The translations under genes and the position numbers were made by a program. 64,000 nucleotides of DNA from a virus. Lineage: Duplodnaviria > Caudoviricetes. Each line of letters opens with the position of its first letter. Within the stretch, counting starts at the first letter, position 1. The notes beneath the pieces are model-generated. The model ran no database searches. It saw only the letters and a list, made by a program, of their open reading frames with translations, and was not told where the DNA came from. Of this stretch, positions 18,697 to 28,123 are shown piece after piece. Location of the stretch: IMG/VR virus record IMGVR_UViG_2654588115_000001, positions 16,268-80,267 of that record, one strand, 5' to 3'.

Positions 18697-19347
18697 TTAC
18701 TGCCTCAGTTCCCATGTAAACGCCACGGTATCGCTGATTCTAATATCATCCGGCTGCATATCAAAATTAGCGCTCCCTGCTTCACACGCTGTGAATTTAT
18801 CATCTGATTCAAAGCAAACCTCACTCCAGCTGTAGTCAATAGATAGAAGTTTTCCCAGTTTGACATTTGATGCTTTGCATAATATATTTGCTTTTTCAAA
18901 AGCATCCTTTGTTGCCTTTTCCAAAATCTCCTTTTTGACACCATCTTCATCCGATATTTTGAAGCCAATGTTGACTTCCGGATTTACAATGCTCATAGCC
19001 AAAACAGAAATCACCCCATCTAATTTCTTCATATCGAATGGAAATGACAGGCTAAGACTTTGTGTAACCTTATACCCTAAAAAATGCCTTATGTAGTCTC
19101 CATCTTTGGTCCGCGTGTCCTCATAATCTTGGTCAATATCAAAATTCCTGGTTTTCAAGTCTTCTTTCTTGAATCCCAGAGAAGTAATGTTACTTTGAAT
19201 CAGCTGCACTTGTTTTGCAGCATTCTCTACCGCTTCACTATAACTGGGGTCTTTTGCTTTTATATACAATGAAACCTCGATTGTATCTGGAGTTCTTTTT
19301 ACACGCCCCACGCCCTTAACTTGAATATACGGTTCTTGGTTAATCAT
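18697..19347 (-). CDS. SIMPL (DUF541) family protein
   Basis: IQVKG.G.V...PD, LKT..F.I..DY, A.KDA..KA..L, I.ISDTV...W; no signal peptide. Confidence 0.9.
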   Translation of the reverse strand: MINQEPYIQVKGVGRVKRTPDTIEVSLYIKAKDPSYSEAVENAAKQVQLIQSNITSLGFKKEDLKTRNFDIDQDYEDTRTKDGDYIRHFLGYKVTQSLSLSFPFDMKKLDGVISVLAMSIVNPEVNIGFKISDEDGVKKEILEKATKDAFEKANILCKASNVKLGKLLSIDYSWSEVCFESDDKFTACEAGSANFDMQPDDIRISDTVAFTWELRQ

Positions 19348-19359
19348 AAATATTCCCCC

Positions 19360-20172
19360 TTATTCATATGCGGTTCCAATAGGTGTTTTCAAATAATTAT
19401 TCAAATCATTCGTAGCAATTTTCATGCGTTCGCCTTTCTTATCCAGTAAATAGATGCCCCCCCAATCATAATCGTTATAAAATACCATTTTGCGGCCACT
19501 CTGCAAATGCAAAGCAAACTTACTTATGTATGATTGCAGATTTTCTTCTAAATATATTCCCCATGAGCCTGTAAAATCATTGTCAGCTGCCGAATATGAA
19601 CATTCTTCTACTGAAACATCTTCTATAATATCTCCTTTTAAGCAGGCTAACAATTTTCTCGAATCGTATGAATACTTTATTGAGTCATCACTCTGATAAT
19701 ATTTTTCTGGAATACAATCCTTAGACATTCTTACCGAACTTGACTCACTAAAATCTATCTCAAATTTTCCTTTATCCGTTAATAAAATAACGGGCGTATC
19801 TATCCAGCTAATATCATAATCAATATAGCCTTTATTATTTAACCACGCAATAACTTCATCATAATCCCACGGTTCATACTCATACTCTCCAGATGGTTTA
19901 ATTCTTTTAACACACATATTTGGATATAAGGACGATACATGTATGTTTCCCAAGTGGCCTATGCTATCTTCAACTATCGCTATTTCTTTAATTTCAGCAT
20001 CAATAAGTCCTATTATTTTAATAAATTCTTTTAGGACAGATGGTTGTTGAATAAATGGAGCACTCCATTCTCTGCCATTGAATTCTTTACTATCAAATGT
20101 GTCTGTACCGCCTAATGTTTGTAGGTTATTCAAACTTATAAAATCTTTCACTCTTTGTTCATACACTTTCAT
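19360..20172 (-). CDS. Hypothetical moron protein
   Basis: About 270-aa low-GC ORF. Confidence 0.75.
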   Translation of the reverse strand: MKVYEQRVKDFISLNNLQTLGGTDTFDSKEFNGREWSAPFIQQPSVLKEFIKIIGLIDAEIKEIAIVEDSIGHLGNIHVSSLYPNMCVKRIKPSGEYEYEPWDYDEVIAWLNNKGYIDYDISWIDTPVILLTDKGKFEIDFSESSSVRMSKDCIPEKYYQSDDSIKYSYDSRKLLACLKGDIIEDVSVEECSYSAADNDFTGSWGIYLEENLQSYISKFALHLQSGRKMVFYNDYDWGGIYLLDKKGERMKIATNDLNNYLKTPIGTAYE

Positions 20173-20278
20173 CACTTCCTACATCAGTACAATTATGTAC
20201 GAATCCAACTCTCTGCTAGTATTTCGATATTCCATCCTTCTTTTCCTGCCCCCGAAATGCTGTTACCCCTCCCCACCC

Positions 20279-20345
20279 CACCATTACACCATTACACCAT
20301 TATACATGTATACCATTATGACATTATACAATTATACATGTATAT
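20279..20345. repeat. 8-bp repeat array 4 (parS-like)
   Basis: CACCATTACACCATTACACCATTATACATGTATACCATTATGACATTATACAATTATAC. Confidence 0.8.
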
Positions 20346-20389
20346 GCACACAAAAGCCCGTGAGCACTATGCCCACGGGCCTTTCCATA

Positions 20390-20731
20390 TCATTTCGCTC
20401 TGGCCTTTTCCAGCTTTTTCATGCGTTTCTCATACGCCTTTTCCAGTTTCTCTACTGTTCCAGGTTCCAGGTGCTGACGAAAATCTTCCCAATCCTCGTT
20501 CTCCATGCGCCCTCCCATCCATGCCAGGAAGGTACTATGTTTTATCCAAAATTCTCCTCCATCCGTACCATTTAGATTCAGAGGGTCATTCATCATACAC
20601 CGCCGATATGCCAGATAGTTTTTTAGGTGAATTAACTCCGGAGAAGAACAATAAATTCCCTGTGTTTTACTGGTGTAAGCCACCTCTTTTTTTCGTCCGG
20701 CACCTTCTCTTTTTCCGCCCCAATTATTCAT
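20390..20731 (-). CDS. Small DNA-binding protein (WGGKREGAGRK motif)
   Basis: N-terminal GG.R.GAGRK motif; terminator-like hairpin at 20353-20385. Confidence 0.7.
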   Translation of the reverse strand: MNNWGGKREGAGRKKEVAYTSKTQGIYCSSPELIHLKNYLAYRRCMMNDPLNLNGTDGGEFWIKHSTFLAWMGGRMENEDWEDFRQHLEPGTVEKLEKAYEKRMKKLEKARAK

Positions 20732-21239
20732 TGCTATTCTCCCCTATTACGATAGTTTCAATCGGCTTGGCGTATGTGGTAAAATCATATCCATTTTCTC
20801 TGCTGATTACCTTTAATGCATAACCGAATATATCACAGATAATCTGAAATTGAGAAACACTAAAAGTCTGGTCGCGAATTTTTTGAGCAAACCCCGTTTG
20901 ACTGGATTTTTTCCCTGTGCGATTTTCATATTCTTTACGCAGCACCTCGCGAGAAATTCCATTTTTCTCCAATTCATTTTCGATAAATTCACGGCTAGTA
21001 AAAAACTCACTGTATTTATTATCCGTGTTATCCTTATTTACGATACAGGAATAACATCCGAGAATGTCACATAATACTTGAAACTCATGCACTCTCAAAG
21101 TTCCATTATTAATCTTAACCTTTAATGTTGACGAGGAATAATTCGCCCCGGTTCTTTCATTATATTCATTTATATATTCCTTTTGTTTTATCCCACAGGC
21201 ACTAGCCATGGCCTTCAAGATAATTTTCGTATCAAACAT
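20724..21239 (-). CDS. Tandem double HTH (XRE-like) regulator
   Basis: Two internal repeats, each ending (K)I...T..V.EFQ..CDI.G; GGAGG RBS. Confidence 0.75.
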   Translation of the reverse strand: MFDTKIILKAMASACGIKQKEYINEYNERTGANYSSSTLKVKINNGTLRVHEFQVLCDILGCYSCIVNKDNTDNKYSEFFTSREFIENELEKNGISREVLRKEYENRTGKKSSQTGFAQKIRDQTFSVSQFQIICDIFGYALKVISRENGYDFTTYAKPIETIVIGENSNE

Positions 21240-21519
21240 TTATAATAAATCCTCCGTATAATCTTCCATCACACCATAATTATAACAAAACCAATCTTGA
21301 TTTTCAATAAGAAAATCATCTTGATATGCATATAGTTTTTCAAAGTACGAAAATACAACAAAAAAGCCCCCAGACGAACCACAACGCCGTCTAAGGGCTT
21401 TTACCATATTACGCAACTGTTTATACCTAAATCCATAAACAAAGCCGTCTACGGCAATCCTACGAGGTCATTTTTCAACAGACTCTTGATTCTTGATTTC
21501 CATTCATCTACAATGTAAT

Positions 21520-21608
21520 CAGAAGGTATCCTCATACCTTCCCTCTAGTTACTTGCGCTTCTTGGGTTTTCGCTTGGTAGGCTGACCCTTGGAGCGCTTT
21601 TATTTTTT
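21520..21608 (+). ncRNA. sRNA of about 90 nt
   Basis: TTGATT-N17-TACAAT (21486-21514); GAAGGTAT...ATACCTTC hairpin; GCGCTTC...GGAGCGC terminator plus T-tract. Confidence 0.6.
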
Positions 21609-21659
21609 CCAGGTCATTTCTTTTCATCTTCACCATCCATTTGAAAAACTATAAGAAAA

Positions 21660-22136
21660 TCAAAATATTGCCTCTATACCATCATTCTTCGTTCCTCGCT
21701 GATATACCTTCAAATCACACCCCAGAATATCTGCCATGACCTGCAATTCCATGACCGTCACATTCTCCCCGGTAATCTTTGCGCTGATGCTGGACCGGCT
21801 GATGTTCTTCCCGGTCCTCTCCGTAACAATCTGCCGCAATTCCTCCTGTGTCATTTTCTTGGCTGCCATAATGAACTTCAACTGCTTTTCTATGGGCAGA
21901 GCCATTAACAGAGCATCAGTAGCCCTGTCACGATACCACATTTCAAACCCACATATATCACAAATGATGGCAAAATCAACCGCTTTCAGTTTCCGGTTCT
22001 TTATTTTGTAGTCAATGGCTTGCGCCGAGTAATTAGAATCCGCTACCATATTGAAACGCTCTGTGAGTTCCCTTGTTCTAAGATTCGCAGAGCCCATCAT
22101 GCCTTTTGTCGTATGCTTTACATCGAACAACTCCAT
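21660..22136 (-). CDS. Tandem double HTH (XRE-like) regulator, paralog of 20724-21239
   Basis: KI.NR.L...DF..ICDI.G and KITGENVTVMELQVMADILG repeats. Confidence 0.75.
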   Translation of the reverse strand: MELFDVKHTTKGMMGSANLRTRELTERFNMVADSNYSAQAIDYKIKNRKLKAVDFAIICDICGFEMWYRDRATDALLMALPIEKQLKFIMAAKKMTQEELRQIVTERTGKNISRSSISAKITGENVTVMELQVMADILGCDLKVYQRGTKNDGIEAIF

Positions 22137-22189
22137 CACCCCATCAATAGTATAGCACGAATTAAGTTTGAAAAACATTAAGAAAATCA

Positions 22190-22214
22190 AAAAGCCACCC
22201 CGAAAGGTGACTTC
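22190..22214 (-). terminator. Intrinsic terminator
   Basis: AAGTCACC-TTTCG-GGTGGCTTTTT. Confidence 0.7.
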
Positions 22215-22217
22215 ATG

Positions 22218-22775
22218 TTATCGGTTATCTTTATTCCTGCGGCATTTCTCGCAATAGCAGCACCGCGTATTCGTATCGTCAAAGCACTCTGCCATATACT
22301 CCGGCATCCGGCACTTCCGCAGGTTCTTCATGGCTGCATCCATTGGATAACACACCTTCACCATCGGAGTTCCTGCCTCGTATATCGGAGAATCCCTACG
22401 CAGAAACTCCTGCAGTCCCTCGGCGTATTTGCGGATGGTCAGCAGACGCTTGCTCACCGCTTGATGGGAAATCCCCAGGGCATCCCCTATTTCCGCATAG
22501 GTCTTGCCACGAACCACCATCACCAGTACCTTCCAATTTTCCTTCGAGAGCTTATTCCGCAGGTTTACCAGATGTTCTCGCAGGGCAATCGCCCTTTCTT
22601 CCTCTATGAGGATTTCCGCAGGGTCACGGGGAATCTTCATATAATCCTCGGGCAAAGGCTTTTTATCCTCTGCCCATGCAAGGAAATTCAGTCGGTTCAA
22701 CGTATCACCGAGCGTAACGCGGCCGGCATTGTAATCATCCACAAGCTGGCGCAGATAATCAATCGCCATTGGCAA
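22218..22775 (-). CDS. Sigma-70 region 4 / ECF-like phage transcription activator
   Basis: LS.EN..VL...VRGKTYAEIGDALGISHQAVSKRL; Cys-rich C-terminus. Confidence 0.85.
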   Translation of the reverse strand: MPMAIDYLRQLVDDYNAGRVTLGDTLNRLNFLAWAEDKKPLPEDYMKIPRDPAEILIEEERAIALREHLVNLRNKLSKENWKVLVMVVRGKTYAEIGDALGISHQAVSKRLLTIRKYAEGLQEFLRRDSPIYEAGTPMVKVCYPMDAAMKNLRKCRMPEYMAECFDDTNTRCCYCEKCRRNKDNR

Positions 22776-23073
22776 TGACCTCCTTTGCGCTCCGCGCTTT
22801 CTTCACGGTGTTCAGTTTATATTCCGATGTAGCAAACCGCATATTATAACCGGTCTTGCTGCCGAAGAACTGACAACGGCGAACCACCGAACCATCCGGC
22901 AGCACACGGACACCTTTATCTTTTCTTCCCAACTCCCCCTTAGAGTCCACATACCGCACATCCGGAGAATACTCCAGAAGCTGTGCAAGAGTACGGCACA
23001 AATCATCCGACTCGACCATCAGACGATACAAATTACCATCATTGTTCAAGTCCATGAGTATCTGATGAATCAA
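22759..23073 (-). CDS. Hypothetical protein
   Basis: 104 aa, coupled to dut. Confidence 0.65.
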   Translation of the reverse strand: MIHQILMDLNNDGNLYRLMVESDDLCRTLAQLLEYSPDVRYVDSKGELGRKDKGVRVLPDGSVVRRCQFFGSKTGYNMRFATSEYKLNTVKKARSAKEVIANGD

Positions 23074-23486
23074 CGGCCGGTACTCCCAAAGCCACCACGG
23101 TTCGGTCCATCCAGGTCAGACACCAGAGAAAACTTCACCGACTTCATCACCGGCACGGCGCGGAACTGTGCAATGCGCTCTCCCTTACGGATAACGCCAT
23201 CCCTCGTGGCAAATACAGGAAAATGCCATTCGTCACCATTCCCGGCATAGGCATTGTCGATAATGCCCGTTCCATTCACCAACAGTACCCCATACTTCTT
23301 GAAGGTCGAGCTTCTGGGGAGCAGATGCCCCTCATAGCCCTGCGGCAACCTCATGGCCACCCCCAGGGGAATCATCACGAAATCCCCTTTGTTATACTTC
23401 ACCGTCAATCCGGCTTTCAGGTCCACCCAATCCCCATGCCGTTCCGGCAGGGAGCCAGGGCGAATCTCCTTGACTTTAATCTTCAT
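23070..23486 (-). CDS. dut: Trimeric dUTPase
   Basis: DLKA, PRSS, GIIDNAY, RIAQF, RGGFGSTG motifs. Confidence 0.96.
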   Translation of the reverse strand: MKIKVKEIRPGSLPERHGDWVDLKAGLTVKYNKGDFVMIPLGVAMRLPQGYEGHLLPRSSTFKKYGVLLVNGTGIIDNAYAGNGDEWHFPVFATRDGVIRKGERIAQFRAVPVMKSVKFSLVSDLDGPNRGGFGSTGR

Positions 23487-24094
23487 CAAAATGCAGCAAC
23501 TCCTAGTTCCTTCGCATATGGCAAGCCCTTGATAAATTCATCGCAGAACCATCGCCACTGCGGTAATCTGTGATTCTTTCTCTGATAAAAAATGGTTCGT
23601 AGCTGTGCGTAGTTCGTGCTAATCCCTGCGCCAAGACATACCCCTTCCGGCATATTCGCCTTTACCCGCAGCAGATTTTCCTCGGTGGGATTCTCCGTGT
23701 AATCCTCCACGATAGCAAGAAACCGGTCAAGGATTTTATCATCGACCAGACCATCCGACATACGGCGGTAATCCAATGCCTTGCCCCGGTGCATCGTGCT
23801 CTGGGAATTTTTCGTGGTGAAAACACCGTAGGTATCGAACTGCGCCCAGAAATAACGCGGTGCCAATAGGTCGAAGGAAACCATAATCTGCCGCAGGAAC
23901 TTATCATCACCATGACCAATGGGCGCGTGCCCCAGTGTTTTCCCAATGCGTAGCATATCTTCCACAGTACGCTTATCCAGTGTCATATCCTCATTGACTA
24001 CCGTAGCCATCGGATAACCAGCCCGGATTAGAGCCTCACGAATCCCATACACCCGCACATTGAACACCTTGAACAACCTGTCATTCATCTGCAT
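23486..24094 (-). CDS. ThyX-like (flavin-dependent thymidylate synthase-like) protein
   Basis: GDDKFLR, APRYFW.QFDTY, NSQSTMH, TNY.QLR....QR..HRL..W; adjacent to dut; canonical RHRx7S not seen. Confidence 0.65.
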   Translation of the reverse strand: MQMNDRLFKVFNVRVYGIREALIRAGYPMATVVNEDMTLDKRTVEDMLRIGKTLGHAPIGHGDDKFLRQIMVSFDLLAPRYFWAQFDTYGVFTTKNSQSTMHRGKALDYRRMSDGLVDDKILDRFLAIVEDYTENPTEENLLRVKANMPEGVCLGAGISTNYAQLRTIFYQRKNHRLPQWRWFCDEFIKGLPYAKELGVAAF

Positions 24095-24260
24095 ATTTCA
24101 GTTTCCCCCTTTCCACGTCCACTACCGCACCACTGCACAGCTTTACCTTCGCCACACCATTGACATGGCCCTTGTATATTCCTGTGAGCCTCCAAGGAGC
24201 ACCGCAGGAAAGCCGTTCCTGCCACTCCACCCGGTCGCCCACCCTAAATTTCGTCTGCAT
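24081..24260 (-). CDS. Small SH3/KOW-like protein
   Basis: MQTKFRVGDRVEW... Confidence 0.55.
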   Translation of the reverse strand: MQTKFRVGDRVEWQERLSCGAPWRLTGIYKGHVNGVAKVKLCSGAVVDVERGKLKYADE

Positions 24261-24408
24261 CCCAGTTCTGTTTCTCAATACCATCAATCTCCAGCTCAAT
24301 ATCTTCTTGATTTTCATTAATAAATTCAAATGCTTTTTCATAGGCCTCATTTTCATCATGGCCAGCCACAAAGAAATTCCCCTTGACGGTCACATAATAT
24401 TCCTTCAT
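24244..24408 (-). CDS. Small acidic 54-aa protein (not in ORF track)
   Basis: MKEYYVTVKGNFFVAGHDENEAYEKAFEFINENQEDIELEID...; coupled to the upstream stop. Confidence 0.6.
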   Translation of the reverse strand: MKEYYVTVKGNFFVAGHDENEAYEKAFEFINENQEDIELEIDGIEKQNWDADEI

Positions 24409-24593
24409 CAATCCTTTGTCCTCATATAAAGGTCAATGACACAGGCCGCCATAGATAGCACCTGCAAACAAAGAACACCACAGAAAAACATCACCGAAAA
24501 TTCATCTGCTCCCGTCGGTATCGAGGATAGGGAGAGGATAGCCCCCAGCCCTATCAAGATACCGGACACAAAGCCCGAATCAAAGGAAGTCAA
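24408..24593 (-). CDS. Small two-TM membrane protein
   Basis: 61 aa hydrophobic, GGAGG RBS, TTGA overlap. Confidence 0.6.
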   Translation of the reverse strand: MTSFDSGFVSGILIGLGAILSLSSIPTGADEFSVMFFCGVLCLQVLSMAACVIDLYMRTKD

Positions 24594-25108
24594 CCTACTG
24601 CCTCCACCATCAGTCTATTGAGCTCGTCGCGCAAAGCATCAATTTCAGTGGAAAGTTGCCTAATTTTGGCAACAATTTCGTCTTCCTCGTCACTGCCAAG
24701 CGGCATCGGACCACCATCGAATAGGCAGCCCAGTTCATACATGGACAGCGCATCGCCCACACAGTCTACAACATCACCGTCAATGAGTTCATACGGTCCA
24801 TCTTCCAATTCTCCACCATCGCAATCCTCGATATTGAAGGGAACCCCCTCACGAACACCGAGGGCATAAAAAGCGTTTTCTCGCGGTGACAGCGGCTCAA
24901 CTTCGTCGTAAGTCACGTTACAACAATGCCCAGGATGCCGTAGCAGGCTTCTGTCAATCTCACCGCTATGCCCCTCAAATTCAGCATCGAACTCCACAGT
25001 CAATATTTCTTCGCGACCGCCGACAATAACGCCGATTTTGCCAATGAGCGCATCGTCTTCCTCACCGATATATCTTACGCGCTGACCAATATAAAACTTA
25101 TTTTCCAT
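24590..25108 (-). CDS. Hypothetical acidic protein
   Basis: Start MENKFYIGQRV after GGAAGGA; N-terminal SH3-like domain. Confidence 0.7.
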   Translation of the reverse strand: MENKFYIGQRVRYIGEEDDALIGKIGVIVGGREEILTVEFDAEFEGHSGEIDRSLLRHPGHCCNVTYDEVEPLSPRENAFYALGVREGVPFNIEDCDGGELEDGPYELIDGDVVDCVGDALSMYELGCLFDGGPMPLGSDEEDEIVAKIRQLSTEIDALRDELNRLMVEAVG

Positions 25109-25514
25109 TTGCATCGTCCTTCCAATAACCACTCCACTTATCAACCTCTGGGTCATAACGCCGGAACACCATTTCCAGCCGGGGATTTTCCCTGTCCAGA
25201 CCAAAGTCAATATACCGTGGCAGCACCATCTTATCGTCTTTGTAAATAATGCCCTCCAGGGCATCCAGTAGCACCTTCGCCCCATTGTGAACATCATGGC
25301 GGCGGCGGTCCTTCCAGTAGGTCATTATGTCAACAACTAGCTTTTCATCGGTGGTCATTGCCCACCCTTGTTTCTCGCAGGCCTCCATTGCCAGTGTCCT
25401 CGTGCGTTCCACCCACGCTTTTGCATCTTTTTTCAAAATGCGCATACCATTCCGCGCGGTAAAGAACGCATGATTCACACTAGGAGCCAGCTCCGTAACC
25501 AGTCTAAGTTCCAA
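25098..25514 (-). CDS. rusA: RusA-like Holliday junction resolvase
   Basis: PSVNH, RRHDVHNGAKVLLDALEGIIYKDD, PRLEM. Confidence 0.9.
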   Translation of the reverse strand: MELRLVTELAPSVNHAFFTARNGMRILKKDAKAWVERTRTLAMEACEKQGWAMTTDEKLVVDIMTYWKDRRRHDVHNGAKVLLDALEGIIYKDDKMVLPRYIDFGLDRENPRLEMVFRRYDPEVDKWSGYWKDDANGK

Positions 25515-25604
25515 TCAGAGTCCTGCAACCTTGAAATCATCCCATTTAGGAATCTTTACATAATCGCCAAGTTTATTTTTCATTACACATAATACCTTTC
25601 TTAT

Positions 25605-25967
25605 TTAACATTCATAGCCAACAAAAAGTCCCTGCTCCTTCATCGCCCCGAATATTGCCACCAGTACCGGCACACAAATGGAGTTGCCGGCCTGTTTATA
25701 GAGCTGGGTATCTGAAAGCCCATTGGCCGACAACATATCGGCATCCTCCTTGGCAAAACCTTGGAGCGCAAAACATTCTCTAGGGGTAAGTTTTCTAATT
25801 CTACCGTCTACCATTATTCCCTCCGCACAACTGCAACTTAATGTGTGAGCACATCCCTCTATGATTCTCCCACGGCGTTTCCCATGCGGAAAATCGAGGG
25901 CTAGTCCGTCATACTCTTTGCCCACTGCATAACCTCGCTTCGTATTGTTCCTTGCGTAGTAAATCAA
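25605..25967 (-). CDS. Split m5C MTase part 4: TRD plus motifs IX-X
   Basis: TKRGY...RRGR...AHTLSC, then RKLTPRECFALQGF and QLYKQAGNSI. Confidence 0.9.
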   Translation of the reverse strand: MIYYARNNTKRGYAVGKEYDGLALDFPHGKRRGRIIEGCAHTLSCSCAEGIMVDGRIRKLTPRECFALQGFAKEDADMLSANGLSDTQLYKQAGNSICVPVLVAIFGAMKEQGLFVGYEC

Positions 25968-26272
25968 CTATCCACCAACACTTTCGGTATGTTGTTCCCT
26001 CCGGACCCCGTAGGGAGCGTAGGCGCAACACCATTCGTGCCATAGACACGTCTTAGATAATCATGGCCACTAATAGTGGTCACTGTACCCTCACGAACAA
26101 TACCATCATTAATCCCCTGCGGACTGGCGAAGGAAACAAAGCCCTTCAACTTTTCATCCGAGAGGAAATACCGTTCCGCAACATCGCGGTCACAAACATC
26201 CTGCAAATGAATTTCCAGCGGAACCGGCTGCGGAAACTTAAATCCCAGTAGCGGTATATCCACCCTATTCAT
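25964..26272 (-). CDS. Split m5C MTase part 3: stand-alone TRD module
   Basis: FKFPQPVPL...LQDVCD.DV.ERYFLS...RVYGTNGVAPTLPT.SGGN..PKVL; ATG with GAGGG RBS. Confidence 0.8.
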   Translation of the reverse strand: MNRVDIPLLGFKFPQPVPLEIHLQDVCDRDVAERYFLSDEKLKGFVSFASPQGINDGIVREGTVTTISGHDYLRRVYGTNGVAPTLPTGSGGNNIPKVLVDS

Positions 26273-26285
26273 TGCCCTCTGGACT

Positions 26286-26597
26286 TTATTCACCCAGGAA
26301 CACCATCCTTGGGGCCTTGTATTCGGTAGCTGCAAGACAGGGTACAATAGATTTCAAATGACATACTTCGTAGTGCTGATGAACCTTACCATCATTCAGC
26401 GCAAGGCCAAAGACAAAATTCTTATTTGTCATTGGAGTAATGCGGCCATACCACATATCTGCCATGTAATATTTTCCAGGGACATCATCATCTAAAATAT
26501 CCCCCAATGTCTTTACTCCGGGCTTTCCTTGCGGAAATTCAAAGGAAAGCGAGGGAATCATCCGCACATTTTCCTGTGCGCGTTCAAGACTGGTCAA
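26286..26597 (-). CDS. Split m5C MTase part 2: stand-alone TRD module
   Basis: FEFPQGK....TLGDILDDDVPGKYYM...PCL.ATEYKAPRMV. Confidence 0.8.
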   Translation of the reverse strand: MTSLERAQENVRMIPSLSFEFPQGKPGVKTLGDILDDDVPGKYYMADMWYGRITPMTNKNFVFGLALNDGKVHQHYEVCHLKSIVPCLAATEYKAPRMVFLGE

Positions 26598-27118
26598 TCG
26601 GCAAGCCTCGACACACAGAAGATGCGCTCTCTGCTCTGCGGCACACCGTAGTCCTTGGCATTAAGGGTATCAAAGGAAGATTCATAGCCCATCTTGGCCA
26701 GCTCTTCCAGATATTCCTTGAACACAGGCAGATGCTTTTCCGAGAGCACATTCGGAACATTTTCCCACAAAACGAATTTAGGCTTCTTCGCCCTCACAAT
26801 TTCCACCGTGTTCCAGAGTAAGGAAGAACGAGTCCCCGAACCTTTTACACCACCTTCTCCACGGCCGGCCACAGAAAATGACTGACAGGGAGAACCATGG
26901 AATACCATATCAAAATCTGGAAGCTCCTCCGGCACAATCTTTGTAATATCCCCGAGATTCATACTCTCCGGCACATTATGCAACAGGGAATAACTGCGGC
27001 TGGCAAACTTATCAATCTCACAGTAAGCCACCAGTTCAAAGGGAATCCCTGCTTTCTTCAAGGCCATTTCCGGGGCTCCAATACCAGAAAACAAACTCAA
27101 TAATCGTAATTTCTTCAA
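26594..27118 (-). CDS. Split m5C MTase part 1: catalytic motifs I-VIII
   Basis: FSGIGA, EID, GDIT, HGSPCQSFS, RSSL, WENV, PQSRERIF; stops just after motif VIII. Confidence 0.93.
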   Translation of the reverse strand: MKKLRLLSLFSGIGAPEMALKKAGIPFELVAYCEIDKFASRSYSLLHNVPESMNLGDITKIVPEELPDFDMVFHGSPCQSFSVAGRGEGGVKGSGTRSSLLWNTVEIVRAKKPKFVLWENVPNVLSEKHLPVFKEYLEELAKMGYESSFDTLNAKDYGVPQSRERIFCVSRLAD

Positions 27119-27990
27119 GACTTACCTCCGTAATTCTCCTGCCAATAAGGGCAGAACTCATGTACATCACACCAGTCACGGCATTTTCTGTCCGGATAGG
27201 ACTTGGAATTATCCCAGCGGTCACGCTTGTTGCAGACCGGAGGAATCTCGCCGCTTTCCAATGCTTTCATCAACGCATCATATTTGGCCTTCATATAGGT
27301 ACGAACCCATTTCAGCGAAATAAAGTGAATCGGAACGATGTACCCTGCCTGGGTAATCCCGTACTTCTTCGCCGTGGCATCCACACCACCTCGGACAAAC
27401 ATATTGACATTGATTGCTTTGACATGAATCCCATGCTTCTCCATGAGATAGCGGTAGTAATTAAGCTGAATGGCAATCTCGCGCACATCACGGATGCCAC
27501 CAGGCTCAAATACCTGCTCCCACTTTTCCTTGCCCTTGTCCTTGCCACGGGTAACGATTCTGCTGCGCCACTTCGGCTTAAAGCCTAGAGCCTTTGAAAT
27601 ACGAAAAGCCCCAAAGAACTTCCAATCCCACAGAATCTGATTTTTGCAGTCATAGGCATCAAACTGTCCGGAGGTTATATCGTCCTCCAGGCGAACTTCC
27701 GCCAACCAACCATTCGGCTGATTATCCTCGAAAGCCTTGTGGCTGTTCGTGCCAATCATCGCCGCAATCCCCCCCATAGGGTCGATAGCATAATCATGGA
27801 CGATTTCAAGGTAAGTCTGTCTGGTCGGCTTGATGAGCTGCGTAACGCTCGGCTTACCAAACCAATGCCTTGTACTGTCCACCGCCGCCGTCAACGCCGG
27901 CAAACTCATACAACGCTGGTCGCAATGCTTTAAGCACTGCTCAAAAGGAATCTTCTCCCCGGCATTACACCGGAAGAACTTTGCTGGCAC
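27115..27990 (-). CDS. Cas4-like PD-(D/E)XK exonuclease
   Basis: SVTQL, GT..H, E.RL, GQFDAY...WDWKF, QLN.Y; C-terminal C..WC.....C Fe-S-like cluster. Confidence 0.85.
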   Translation of the reverse strand: MPAKFFRCNAGEKIPFEQCLKHCDQRCMSLPALTAAVDSTRHWFGKPSVTQLIKPTRQTYLEIVHDYAIDPMGGIAAMIGTNSHKAFEDNQPNGWLAEVRLEDDITSGQFDAYDCKNQILWDWKFFGAFRISKALGFKPKWRSRIVTRGKDKGKEKWEQVFEPGGIRDVREIAIQLNYYRYLMEKHGIHVKAINVNMFVRGGVDATAKKYGITQAGYIVPIHFISLKWVRTYMKAKYDALMKALESGEIPPVCNKRDRWDNSKSYPDRKCRDWCDVHEFCPYWQENYGGKS

Positions 27991-28032
27991 TAAGCCTCTA
28001 ACCCCTTATAAATCAACGCGTTTCCTCCTTTA

Positions 28033-28100
28033 GTACATGTATACCATTACGCCATTACACAGTTATACCATTATAACGGCGTAACGCTATACCATTGTTA
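28033..28100. repeat. 8-bp repeat array 5 (parS-like)
   Basis: TATACCATTACGCCATTACACAGTTATACCATTATAAC... Confidence 0.8.
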
Positions 28101-28123
28101 TGTACTTCCTTAATACATTTATT

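Noticed and set aside
20078-20823. Plus-strand ORFs of 165 and 222 aa
   Set aside because: They run antisense across real genes and through the 8-bp repeat array; composition is not protein-like.
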